Assembly: GCA_963836075.1 (NCBI GenBank)
Contig: CAWIIB010000001.1
Coordinates: 288,001 to 352,000, forward strand
Reading direction: 5' to 3'
DNA from: an uncultured Acidobacteriota bacterium
GTDB lineage: Bacteria > Acidobacteriota > JAQAZP01
DNA length: 64,000 nucleotides
Made by a program: the position numbers and the translations under genes. Below, piece after piece: positions 50,213 through 59,810 of the stretch. Below the pieces are notes generated by a model that worked only from the letters and a program-made list of their open reading frames with translations, did not search any database and was not told the DNA's origin. The number at the start of each line of letters is the position of its first letter. Positions within the stretch are counted from its first letter, which is position 1.

Positions 50213-50740
50213 TCAGATCTCGCCCCGCAGAGCTTTTTTCGTGTGTTCCAGATACCTGTCCGTGATCCGGGAGACCAGCTCCCGCTGCTTGCGGTCCAGC
50301 GGCCCCTTGATCCGCCCCGGCAGACCGGCCACCAGGGAACCGGGGGGCACGATCATTCCCTCGGTCACGACGCAGCCGGCAGCAACCAGCGACCCCCGTC
50401 CCACGGTTGCGCCGTCCAGCACCATGGCGCCGATGCCGATCAGGCAGCCGTCCTCGATGACGCAACCATGAACCATGGCGCCGTGGGCCAGGCTCACCCG
50501 GTCACCGATGCGCACCGGGTGGACCCCGCCGGTGACGTGGATCACGGCTCCGTCCTGGACGTTGCTGTCCCGGCCGATGCGGATGTAGTCGATATCGCCG
50601 CGGACCACCGCGTTGTGCCAGACGCTGGCCCCGTCACCCAGCACCACGTCACCGGTGACCACGGCGCTGGGCGCCACATAGACGCCGCTGCCCAACCGGG
50701 GGCGGGCCGCCGGGTCAAAGACCGGAGTCCGCCCGCTCAC
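50213..50740 (-). CDS. Gamma carbonic anhydrase family protein
   Basis: Hexapeptide repeats, RGD, NVQDG.VIH, H...VHGC. GTG start overlaps the upstream TGA. Confidence 0.93.
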   Translation of the reverse strand: MSGRTPVFDPAARPRLGSGVYVAPSAVVTGDVVLGDGASVWHNAVVRGDIDYIRIGRDSNVQDGAVIHVTGGVHPVRIGDRVSLAHGAMVHGCVIEDGCLIGIGAMVLDGATVGRGSLVAAGCVVTEGMIVPPGSLVAGLPGRIKGPLDRKQRELVSRITDRYLEHTKKALRGEI

Positions 50741-51294
50741 AGGCCGATCTCGCCGCTGACGCCCTTCATCGCCTCGAGGCTCAGTTCGATGAACTCGTCC
50801 AGCGGCACGCCGGCCTTCTCGCATTCCCTGATCTGGTCCCTGCTGACGTTGCGGGCGAACGCCTTTTCCTTTATCCGCTTGCGGATCGACTTCGGTTTGA
50901 CCCCCTCCAGCTTTTTGTCAGGCCTGACCAGGGCCGCGGCCACGATCAGCCCGGTGATGCTCTCACTGCAGCTGAGGGCGAAATCCAGCTCGCTCTCCCG
51001 CTGCAGCCCCAGCGATTCAGCGTTGTGCGCCCGGATGGCCTGCAGCGCCTCGGCGGGCAGCCCGCTCTGCTCCAGCCACTGGGTGGTCCGCAACCCGTGA
51101 ATTTCAGGGGTTTCCTTGGTCTGGTCAAAATCGAGGTCGTGGAGCAGCCCCACCAGGCCCCACAGCTCCTCGTCCCGTCCCAGTCGCCGGGCCATGGCGC
51201 GGATCACCGCTTCGGCGGCCAGGCAGTGCTTGACCAGCCAGTCGGTATCGGTTTTCGAGGTCAGCAGTTCGAGGGCCCCGGCTCTGTCGATCAT
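50737..51294 (-). CDS. HDIG-domain metal-dependent hydrolase
   Basis: HCLAAE, GLLHDLD, HG, AIRAH, GLIVAAALVRP, FARNVSR. Confidence 0.92.
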   Translation of the reverse strand: MIDRAGALELLTSKTDTDWLVKHCLAAEAVIRAMARRLGRDEELWGLVGLLHDLDFDQTKETPEIHGLRTTQWLEQSGLPAEALQAIRAHNAESLGLQRESELDFALSCSESITGLIVAAALVRPDKKLEGVKPKSIRKRIKEKAFARNVSRDQIRECEKAGVPLDEFIELSLEAMKGVSGEIGL

Positions 51295-51315
51295 CGATGG
51301 TCTCCCAGGTTCGGT

Positions 51316-51654
51316 TCAGCTGGACCGGAGGAACTCGGCGAAATCGATTCCGCTGCGGTCGTGGAAGCGCTGCCCGCAGGAGGGCAGCGTTCCGGCCGGT
51401 TCGTCGAGGAGGATCCGTTCGATGCGCATGGCCGGGATGAACATGGTGGAGAGCACCGGCCCGAAACCCTCGTCAGCACTGCCCGCCGCTGCCTGGCTGA
51501 CCAGGTCGTCGAAGGAATTGATGTCGATTCCCCGCAGCTGCGCCCCCAGGCTGTCCAGTTTGAGGAGCAGGCCGAGAAACTTTTCCCGCGGCTGCTGCAG
51601 ATTGACAATCACCACCGAACCGGCGGAGATGGTGTGGTCCTGTGGATCGGTCAT
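51316..51654 (-). CDS. Hypothetical protein, possible Sm-like fold
   Basis: GGAGG RBS and ATGA overlap with mce. Pattern VIVNL..PREKF.G.L..LD...RGID..SFDD...MFIP..RIERI.LD. Confidence 0.8.
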   Translation of the reverse strand: MTDPQDHTISAGSVVIVNLQQPREKFLGLLLKLDSLGAQLRGIDINSFDDLVSQAAAGSADEGFGPVLSTMFIPAMRIERILLDEPAGTLPSCGQRFHDRSGIDFAEFLRSS

Positions 51655-52067
51655 TCCGCCTCCCCCTCCGCAGCGGGCTGGCTCAGTTCCACCAGCACGC
51701 CGGAGGCCGATGCCGGATGGACAAAAGCCACCCGGCAGCCGCCGGCACCCGCCACCGGCTCACTGTTGATAAGACGAATGCCGGCCTTTTTCAGTTCGGC
51801 CAGGCGGCCTTCGAGGTCCTCGACCTGCAGGCAGACGTGGTGGACGCCCTGGCCCCGTTTGATGAGAAACCGGGCGATGGGCGACTGGGGGCCGGTGGGC
51901 TGCAGCAGCTCGATGCGGCTCGGCCCCACGTCGATGAAGGCCACCTCCACCTGCTGGCTGGCCACGGTCTCCCGTCCGGTGCAGACGAGGCCCAGTGCCT
52001 CGTAGAACCCCAGCCCCTCCTCCAGCGAAGGCACGGCGATGCCGATGTGATCGATCTTGCGAACCAT
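51651..52067 (-). CDS. mce: Methylmalonyl-CoA epimerase (VOC family)
   Basis: IDHIGIAV, IELLQP, SPIARFL..RG.GVHHVC, FVHP....GVLVEL. Confidence 0.93.
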   Translation of the reverse strand: MVRKIDHIGIAVPSLEEGLGFYEALGLVCTGRETVASQQVEVAFIDVGPSRIELLQPTGPQSPIARFLIKRGQGVHHVCLQVEDLEGRLAELKKAGIRLINSEPVAGAGGCRVAFVHPASASGVLVELSQPAAEGEAE

Positions 52068-52075
52068 GGCCGTCC

Positions 52076-53215
52076 TCAGGAAAAGAGCTTGCGGGCGATG
52101 ACCAGCTTCTGGATTTCGGAGGTGCCCTCGCCGATGGTGCAGAGTTTGCAGTCGCGGTAGATCTTCTCCACCGGATAGTCCTTGGACATGCCGTAGCCGC
52201 CGAAGATCTGCACCGCCTTGTTGGAGTTGCGCACGCTGCACTCGCCGGCGTAGTACTTGGCCATGGCCGATTCCTTGTTCACTTCCTTGCCCTGGTCCTT
52301 GAGCTGGGCCGCCTTGAGGGTCAGCAGGCGTGCGGCGTCGGCCTCGGTGGCCATGTCGGCCAGCATCCACTGGATGGCCTGGAAGGAGCCGATGGGCTTG
52401 CCGAACTGCTCCCGTTCCTTGGCGTACTTGATCGAGTGGGCCACCGCCCCCTGGGCCAGACCCACGCCCAGCGCGGCGATGCTGATCCGGCCGCCGTCGA
52501 GGATGCGCAGGGCGTCGATGAAACCCCTGCCCCGCTGGCCCAGCAGGTTCTCCTTCGGTATGCGGCAGTCCTCCATCACCAGCTGGGCCGTGTCGCTGGA
52601 ACGCATGCCCAGCTTGTTCTCCTTGCCGGCATAGCTGAACCCCGGAGTGCCGGACTCGATGATGAAGGCCGAGGCCATCTTGCTGCCGGCGTCGGGGTCG
52701 GTCACCGCCAGCACCACCGAGATCTTGCCCACGGTGGCGTGGGTGATAAAGGTCTTGTTGCCGTTGAGCACCCAACTGTCTCCGTCCTCCACGGCGGTGG
52801 TGCGCATGCCGCCGGCATCGCTGCCCGAACCGGGTTCGGTGAGGGCCCAGGCGCCGATGCTCTCCCCGCTGCAGAGCCGGGGCAGGTACTTCATTTTCTG
52901 ATCTTCGGTTCCGCAGAGATTGATGTGATTGGTGCAGAGCGAATTGTGGGCGGCAATGGTGAGCCCCACCGACCCGTCCACCCGGGCCAGCTCCTCGAGG
53001 ATCAGGACGTAGTGGATGTAACTCATTCCCGCCCCGCCATATTTCTCATCGAAGATGATGCCGAACATGCCCAGCTCGGCCAGCTTTTTGGCGATGGGCC
53101 AGTGGAACTCCTGGGACTCGTCATACTCCATGATCACCGGGGCGATCTCTTTCTCCGCGAACTCGCGGACCATGTCCCGGATCATCAGGTGGTCTTCGGT
53201 GAGGTTAAAATCCAC
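52076..53215 (-). CDS. Acyl-CoA dehydrogenase
   Basis: AAHNSLC, WALTEPGSGSDA, LDGGRISIA, YRDCKLCTIGEGTSEIQK. GTG start after GGAGG. Confidence 0.95.
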   Translation of the reverse strand: MDFNLTEDHLMIRDMVREFAEKEIAPVIMEYDESQEFHWPIAKKLAELGMFGIIFDEKYGGAGMSYIHYVLILEELARVDGSVGLTIAAHNSLCTNHINLCGTEDQKMKYLPRLCSGESIGAWALTEPGSGSDAGGMRTTAVEDGDSWVLNGNKTFITHATVGKISVVLAVTDPDAGSKMASAFIIESGTPGFSYAGKENKLGMRSSDTAQLVMEDCRIPKENLLGQRGRGFIDALRILDGGRISIAALGVGLAQGAVAHSIKYAKEREQFGKPIGSFQAIQWMLADMATEADAARLLTLKAAQLKDQGKEVNKESAMAKYYAGECSVRNSNKAVQIFGGYGMSKDYPVEKIYRDCKLCTIGEGTSEIQKLVIARKLFS

Positions 53216-53271
53216 GACGTCCTCCGTAAACGTATGATAAATAAACACCTCTATTCAATTGCAATGGCAGG

Positions 53272-53301
53272 ATTATAGAGGATTTCCGGCCGCCCCGTCA
53301 A
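53272..53301 (-). promoter_or_regulatory. Sigma70-type promoter for the acyl-CoA dehydrogenase-mce-aspS cluster
   Basis: TTGACG, 18 nt, TATAAT. Confidence 0.6.
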
Positions 53302-53309
53302 CGAGGGGG

Positions 53310-54563
53310 TCAGCCGGCCCGGCGATCGAGGTACGAGCCCTGTTTCATCTCGATGGCCTTGAGCCAGATGGCGAAGAGCAGGCCCACCACGGCGCAACCG
53401 CTGAACATCAGCATGGTGGAATAGTAGTTTCCCGAGCTGTCGCGCAGAATGCCGGCCAGCAGCGGGAAGGCAAAGAGCCCGATGTTCTGTACCATGGCGA
53501 TCACGCCGTAGGCCGTGCCGATGTTCTCGTCTTTCACCATCAGCGGCAGTGCCGGCCAGAGGGCGGCGGGCACCAGCGAGAACGAGATACCGAGGATCAC
53601 CATGGGGATCCAGGGCGAAATGTCGGTGAGTACCAGCGAGGCGTGGCAGGGGACCATCATCACCGAGCCGATGATCATCAGCGTGGCCCGTTTCCCGAAC
53701 TTGTCCACCACCAGGCCGAAAATCCAGGTGGTGAACATGGAGAGCAGGATAATCACACCGGTGACCTTTCCGGCCTCCACGTCTCCCATCCCGTAGTGTT
53801 CGATAAAGAAGCGGGGGGCGATGGCGATAAAGGGGAAGATGGCCGAGTAGTAGATCATGCAGAGGCCGCTGATGACCCAGAAGGCCAGCGGCAGACGGAG
53901 GGCTTCGCGAAGGTTGAACTCGACCTCCTCTTCCTCGACGATGGCGGTGATGGCATTCCGTTCGCCAAAGCGGTCGAGAAAGACGTAGAGCACCATGGCC
54001 GCCACCGAAAAACAGCACACGGCAGCGGCGACCCAGAGGGTCAGCGTCCAGGAGCCGAGCACGTCCATCAGCCAGGCGCCAAAGGCCAGGGCAAGAAAGG
54101 AACCGGCGCGGCAAAGAAAGAGGTTGATACCGAAGGCGGTGGCCAGGATCTTGTCCTTGAACCATTTGGCCAGCACTTTGTTCATCACCACATAGAAGCA
54201 CTCGGCACCGATGCCCAGCAGCACCCGGCCGGCCAGCATCACGTAGTAGTCGTTCACCGCGGTGAGTACCGCACCCACGGAAAAAACCACGGCAAACAGG
54301 ATACCCGAACGGCGCACACCGATCTTGTCGGCCAGCAGTCCGCCGAAGACAACGAAGATGATCACCGGGATGCTGTACACGCTGTAGAGGAAGTTGACCC
54401 GGGTGGAACTGAGCCCCATCCCACCTTGCTCCACGGACATCTCCAGCTTGTCGGCGATGGGGGCGATGATGTCGTAGGCCAGGTATGAGGTGGCCGCGCT
54501 GAAACTGACCAGCAGCAGCGCCGCAAAGGCAAACATGTAGGCCTGTTTCCGGGTTATGGCCAT
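53310..54563 (-). CDS. MFS transporter, MFSD1-like
   Basis: About 12 TMs; LYSVYS.P...FGG.L.D, GR.L.GIG.E, WFK.K.L..AFG, ALWP, GTAYG...QN.GL. Confidence 0.92.
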   Translation of the reverse strand: MAITRKQAYMFAFAALLLVSFSAATSYLAYDIIAPIADKLEMSVEQGGMGLSSTRVNFLYSVYSIPVIIFVVFGGLLADKIGVRRSGILFAVVFSVGAVLTAVNDYYVMLAGRVLLGIGAECFYVVMNKVLAKWFKDKILATAFGINLFLCRAGSFLALAFGAWLMDVLGSWTLTLWVAAAVCCFSVAAMVLYVFLDRFGERNAITAIVEEEEVEFNLREALRLPLAFWVISGLCMIYYSAIFPFIAIAPRFFIEHYGMGDVEAGKVTGVIILLSMFTTWIFGLVVDKFGKRATLMIIGSVMMVPCHASLVLTDISPWIPMVILGISFSLVPAALWPALPLMVKDENIGTAYGVIAMVQNIGLFAFPLLAGILRDSSGNYYSTMLMFSGCAVVGLLFAIWLKAIEMKQGSYLDRRAG

Positions 54564-54651
54564 GTTTATTCCGCTCCTTGCAGCACCTGAGAACCATTGA
54601 TTACTTGTGGATTGGATTTACGTATGTGCCGCGAGATTAGCACGTTCACCC

Positions 54652-57600
54652 TCATTTCTCAATACGCTGAACGGCTTCCCCGAAGCGGCCCACCGCCAGG
54701 ACCACACCGCCGCCGTTCTGCTGGTAGGCATGGAAACCGACGCCGTCAACACGGACCAGGGACGACCCGGCAAGCCGCCAGGCCCGCACCAGTGAGCTGG
54801 CGTCACTATCGGGCCCCGCTGAGGCCACCAGCTCGTCCCGGCCGTCGCCATCCAGGTCGCCGCAGGCGATCCGGGCGCCGCGTCCCCCCGGCAGATCGGC
54901 CAGCAGTTCGGCAACCAGTTCCACCCCGGATTCCGTGCCGCTGAGTTTCCAGACCCTGATCTTCGGACCGTACCCCTCACCGGGGCCCGGGGCGGTGACC
55001 AGCTCGTCCCGGCCGTCGCCGTCCAGGTCGCCGCAGGCCAGCTGGGCGCCATAGCCGTGGTTCGGGCCGTAGGCCAGGAAATTAACCTGGGGCAGAGGGA
55101 TCATCCCTCCCTCCCCGGGTCGCCAGCCGCGGATGTGGGCCCCGTTGGCCGCCAGCGCTCCCGGGGCGGTGACCAGTTCGTCCCGGCCGTCGCCGTCCAG
55201 GTCGCCGAAGGCGGGCCGGGCGCCCCCGCTCACCGCTGGACCATAGGCAAAAAAGACCGGAATCCCAGGAAGCCGGGCCCAGCCCGGCCCGCCGCCCTGG
55301 TAGCTGTGGAGGGAGACCACGGCACCGTAGGAAGGCCCGGGGCCGGGACAGGCCGCCAGTTCGTCGGCCCCGTCACCGTCCAGGTCGCCACAGGCAATCA
55401 GTGCACCATACCCCGAGTGGGAGAAGGCGAGCGTACTGCCATCGACCAGGGGCCCGCCCAGCGGGTCAAAGGCCCTGATCTGCGGCGCAAAGGAAGGGGC
55501 AGGACCGGGACCGGCAACGATCTCGTCCACCCCGTCGCCATCGAGATCGCCGCAAGCGGTTTCCAGCCCGAAATTTACCGTGGCAAAGGGGGTGATGCGC
55601 CCGGACGAGACCTCCCGGCCTCCGGGGAGGAAACACCTGATCCGCGCCGGGTTGCCGGGGATCTGCCCGGTTCCGGTGACGATCCAGGTGGGCGGAACCG
55701 ATTCGACTATCCGGGCCACCCGGTTCACCGGCTGGGCGTCCACCGTCTGCAGGGTCCCGCTGGACCAGCCGACCTGGATGCGAACCGTTTCACCGGCATA
55801 CCCGCCGAGCCCCACCAGCAGCCGGCGGTCCCCCTTGCTGCGCGGGCCGCACAGGTCACCGCTGTGCCGCACCATGGTCCGCTCCCCCGCTTCCACCCGC
55901 ACCACGGCCCCGGCGCCGCTGCGCGGCGCCGCCCGCCCTTCGAGGTCGATGGCGACCCAGGCCGGCCCGTCGCCCTCCGGCGTGCGGGCCAGGTCGTTGC
56001 GCAGCAGGCGCAACAGGCCGGAACCTTCGGCCAGGGCCAGGTCGGGGTCTCCGTCCAGGTCGTGGTCGGCCCAGGCATAGGCGGTCCACTGACCTTCTTC
56101 CTCCAGCCCGGCTTCGATGGAAATGTTGTGGAATGTGAAATCACCTCCGCCCAGCAGCAGGCGGTTGCCGGCAGCCCCGGGACGGAGGATGAAGAGGTCC
56201 AGCAGACCGTCCAGGTCGGCGTCGATCCAGCAAACGCCCCGGGCAGTGTCGTCCGACCTGAGGCCGCTGCCCGCGGTGACGTCGGTGAAACGGCCGCCGC
56301 CGTCGTTGCGCAGCAGCGTGTCGTAATCCACGCCGCCGATGAAAAGGTCGGGGTCGCCGTCGTTGTCCGCGTCACCCCAGGCGGCGCAGAGCGATCTGTT
56401 CAACGACTGCAGCCCGGCTGTGGCGGCCAGGTCCTCGAATCTGCCGCTACCCAGGTTGCGGTAGAGGTGGTTCTTCCTCGGGCTGCCCGGGAATTCGTCC
56501 ACCACCACCAGCAGGTCCACCAGCCCGTCGCCGTCCATGTCACAGGGGACGGCGGCGGCCGCGGCCTCGTCGACATCGCCGGTGACACCGGCCTCTGCCG
56601 CAGCTTCATGGAAACGGCCGTCACCACTGTTGAGGAACAGGGCGTCCGGCTGAAAGAGGTTGACCACAAAAAGGTCAACAAAACCGTTGTTGTCGAAATC
56701 GGCCCAGCAGCTGTCGATGCCCTCCGGCGGGTTGACCAGACCCAGTTGCACGGCGGCATCGCGGAAGATCCCGCCGCTGCCGTCGCTCTTCAACAGGGCG
56801 TCGGGAAAGGTGCTGCCAAAGGGGCCGTAGCGCGGCAGGTGAAGTTCCGACGCGCCGTCGTTGTTCAGGTCGGCGGCTGAGACCGCGGTTTTCAGACCAC
56901 CGGCGGCCGCCCCGCGCTCCAATGTGACATCGACGAACAGTCCGTCCTCCGTGTCGTTGCGCAGCAGCCGGCAGCGGCCGTTGGCCGGCGCCGCGAAGAG
57001 GTCAGGGTCGCCGTCAGCGTCGAGGTCGCGCCAGCACAGGCCGTAGACCGGCGACCCCAGCGGCCGGGCCAGATCGGGTGATGCGGCGCTGAGGTCGGCA
57101 AAGGTGGTGGGCCGCAGGGAGAAATCCACCGGGGACAGCTGCTGATCACCGGTGAGTTCGAGCCACTGGGCGTCCAGCGGGCTCTCCCCGCCGGGATAGG
57201 TACTGGCGGCGGTGTCCCACGGCACTGGCCGCCGACACGCGGTAGGCTCCCGAGGGCAGATCGCCCAGCAGGTAGCCACCGTCAACGCCGCTCACCGCCT
57301 GGCGCTGGAAGCCGGACTCCCGGCCCAGGGCCTGCACTTCGATGCCCGACAGCGCGGTCCCGTCGGTCTGGCGGACCATGCCGCTGATGGCCCCGCCGTG
57401 CCTCTTCAGGGACACGTCCACCCCCCCGGTGTCGTTATCGTTGTAAACCTGCACGGCGGTGGCCGTGTCGATGGAGCCGGCCTCGTCGTAAAACCGCGGG
57501 ACAAAGCGCCGTTCGGAGTGCCGGGCGCCGATGAAGTAGTGCTGCTCGATGAGGTTGGTAAAGCGGTAGCCGCCGTCCGAGCCGCTGATGCTTTCGCGCA

Positions 57601-59752
57601 TCAGTGTCCCGGCGGGATAGTAGATGGACACCGTGGCCCCGGACACCGGCGCACCCGTTTCCCGGCTGGTGATCACACCGCTGATCGAGCCCCGGCGAGA
57701 GAGGGAGAAATCGATGCCGCCGGTTTCCTCCGCGGCACGGACCTCCACCGCCTCGGCGCCGGCCAGGCTGGTCGACCCGTCGAAATACTGGGGAATGACA
57801 TCGGTGAACCCGCTGCCCGCGCGCACATAGTAGAAGCCGGCGGGCAGCCCCTGCCCGAAGAGGTAGCTGCCGTCGGAGGCGCTGCGCACCACGCCGGCCG
57901 GGACCAGCGTCTGAGCGTCCAGAGCGGTGACTTCAACCGCCGTCAGCGGGCCGCCGGCAGCGGCGGAAAGAATGGTTCCCCCCAGCAGGCCCCGGCTGTT
58001 ATCGATCACCAGGCTCACCCTTTCCTCGTATGACGGGAGCAGGGACGGCCGCCAGGCCTGCAGACGGACGGTGTAGATGCCGGGGTCCAGGCCGGAGGTG
58101 GGCATGGACGCGGAGACCAGCGTCTGGCCGTGGACCACTGTGTCCGACCGGGCCAGGGTCTGGAAACGATCCGGGAACTGGCCCGCACCCCAGTCGAGAC
58201 GCCAGTGGAACGGCTCCTTGGAGGAGGCTCGGCCGGCCACCTGCAGCGGAGCGTTGCCAAAGATCACCTGGCCGCGCCCCGGACTGGTCAACCGCAACCC
58301 CACCGTCTGCTCCAGCCCCAGCAGCGCGCCGGCGTCCAGCAGGCCGTACCCGGCGTCGGCGGTGAACCGCGCTCCGCCGGCCAGCGGGGCCGCCGTGGCC
58401 CGCAGGGCGGTGCGCACCGCATCGGCGGAAAGGGTCCGCCGGGCCAGCAGCAGACCGGCCGCCGCAGCCACGTGGGGTGCGGCGCTGCTGGTTCCGCCGG
58501 AGCGGAAGAAGCTGTCGCCCACAAAACGGCTGCCGTTGCCGGCGGGGTCGCTGTAGGCAGCGCGGGTGGTGAGGATGTCTATGCCGGGGGCCACCATATC
58601 CAGCGCCGGGCCATGGTTGGAGAACTGGTAGACCGCACCTCCCGGCTCCACCGCCCCCACGGCGATTGTTTCGGCATAGCCGGCAGGGATCACGGTAGCC
58701 ACCGGCAGGCCGCTGTTGCCGGCGGCGCAGACGATCACCACTCCGGCCGAATCGGCGGCCTCGATGGTCTGCCGCAGCAGGTCCGACGAACCCGAGGCGC
58801 CCCAGCCGAGACAGATCACCCGGGCCCCGTTGTCCACGGCGTACTGGATGCCCCGGCTGAGGTCGAAGAGGGTGCCGGTGCCGTCATCCCCCAGACCTTT
58901 GACCGGAATGGTGCGGCAGTTGAAGGCCAGGCCGGGGATTCCGTAGCCGTTGTCCCAGGTGGCGGAGATGATGCCGAAACTGTTGGTCCCGTGTCCGGAG
59001 ACGTCCAGCGGCCGCCCGCTGCCCGGAGAACCGTCGGGGATGGTGAAATCGTAGCCCTGCACATCGTCCACAAATCCGTTGCCGTCGTCGTCGATGCCGT
59101 TGTCCGCGATCTCTCCCGGATTTCTCCAGACCCCCGCCCCCACATCCGGATGGCCGAAGTCGAGGCCACTGTCCACCAGGCCGATCAACAGTTCGGAACC
59201 CGGTTCGGAGAGCGACCAGGCCTCGGAGGCCCCGATGGCGTATAGCCCCCAAAGATCCCGGTAGGGCTGCTTCCAGCTGCCGCTGGATGAATAGAAAGGA
59301 TCGCCGGGTGGCGAGGCAAAACCGCTGAACAGCAGGTTCGGTTCCGCGGAAGCCACCAGGCCGCAGCCCAGATAGGCCCGCTGCATGTCCCTGACATCGG
59401 CTCCGCTCGCCTCAAAACCGAGCAGGAAAACCCGGCCATTGCCGTCCCGTCCCAGGGGGGTCCCCTTCACGGCACGGATGAGGCCATACCGGTCAGCGAG
59501 ATCGTCCAGGGCCGGTTCGCCGGCCAGTTCGATGGTGCGCCGCAGCAGAAAGTGCTCGACCTCCAGTTCCAGCCCGGGAACCAGCCGGAGCACCAGTTGA
59601 TTCGCCACGTGGGTTTCCGGTTGGGGAGGGGCCGAAACGGTTTCCGCCCCGCCGGGGAGGCCGGTAGGAGAGAGCGCCAGCCAGGCCAGGGGCAGGAGGA
59701 GCAGAAGGGCCGGAAGCCGTGCCCCGGGAGCATGCTGGCGGACTGTTTTCAT
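54652..59752 (-). CDS. Large (about 1700 aa) secreted S8 subtilase with carboxypeptidase-regulatory-like repeats, CRTAC1/ASPIC-UnbV-like and FG-GAP domains; +1 frameshift at about 57200
   Basis: Signal peptide and catalytic triad motifs VDSG, HGT, GTSSAAP. Three beta-sandwich repeats. Deleting one C gives RRQY-YPGG and joins the 877 aa FG-GAP ORF. Confidence 0.87.
54828..55557 (-). repeat. Five intragenic FG-GAP-type repeats, period about 170-175 bp
   Basis: Near-identical DNA TCGTCCCGGCCGTCGCC(A/G)TCCAGGTCGCCG at about 54833, 55004 and 55178, with degenerate copies at about 55360 and 55525. They encode (AC)GDLDGDG(R)DELV..PG. Confidence 0.85.
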
Positions 59753-59810
59753 GGTTCTCCTCCGGTGATCTGACACCGATTATAGTATCATGACCCCATT
59801 GGGAGACGTG

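Noticed and set aside
51651-52775. 374-aa ORF suggesting a long mce fusion
   Set aside because: The N-terminal part is an alternate frame of the acyl-CoA dehydrogenase; mce starts at ATG 52067 after a GAGG.
54828-55557. Regularly spaced ~30-bp direct repeats resembling a CRISPR array
   Set aside because: Spacing is about 170 bp, the repeats encode in-frame FG-GAP motifs, and no cas genes are present.
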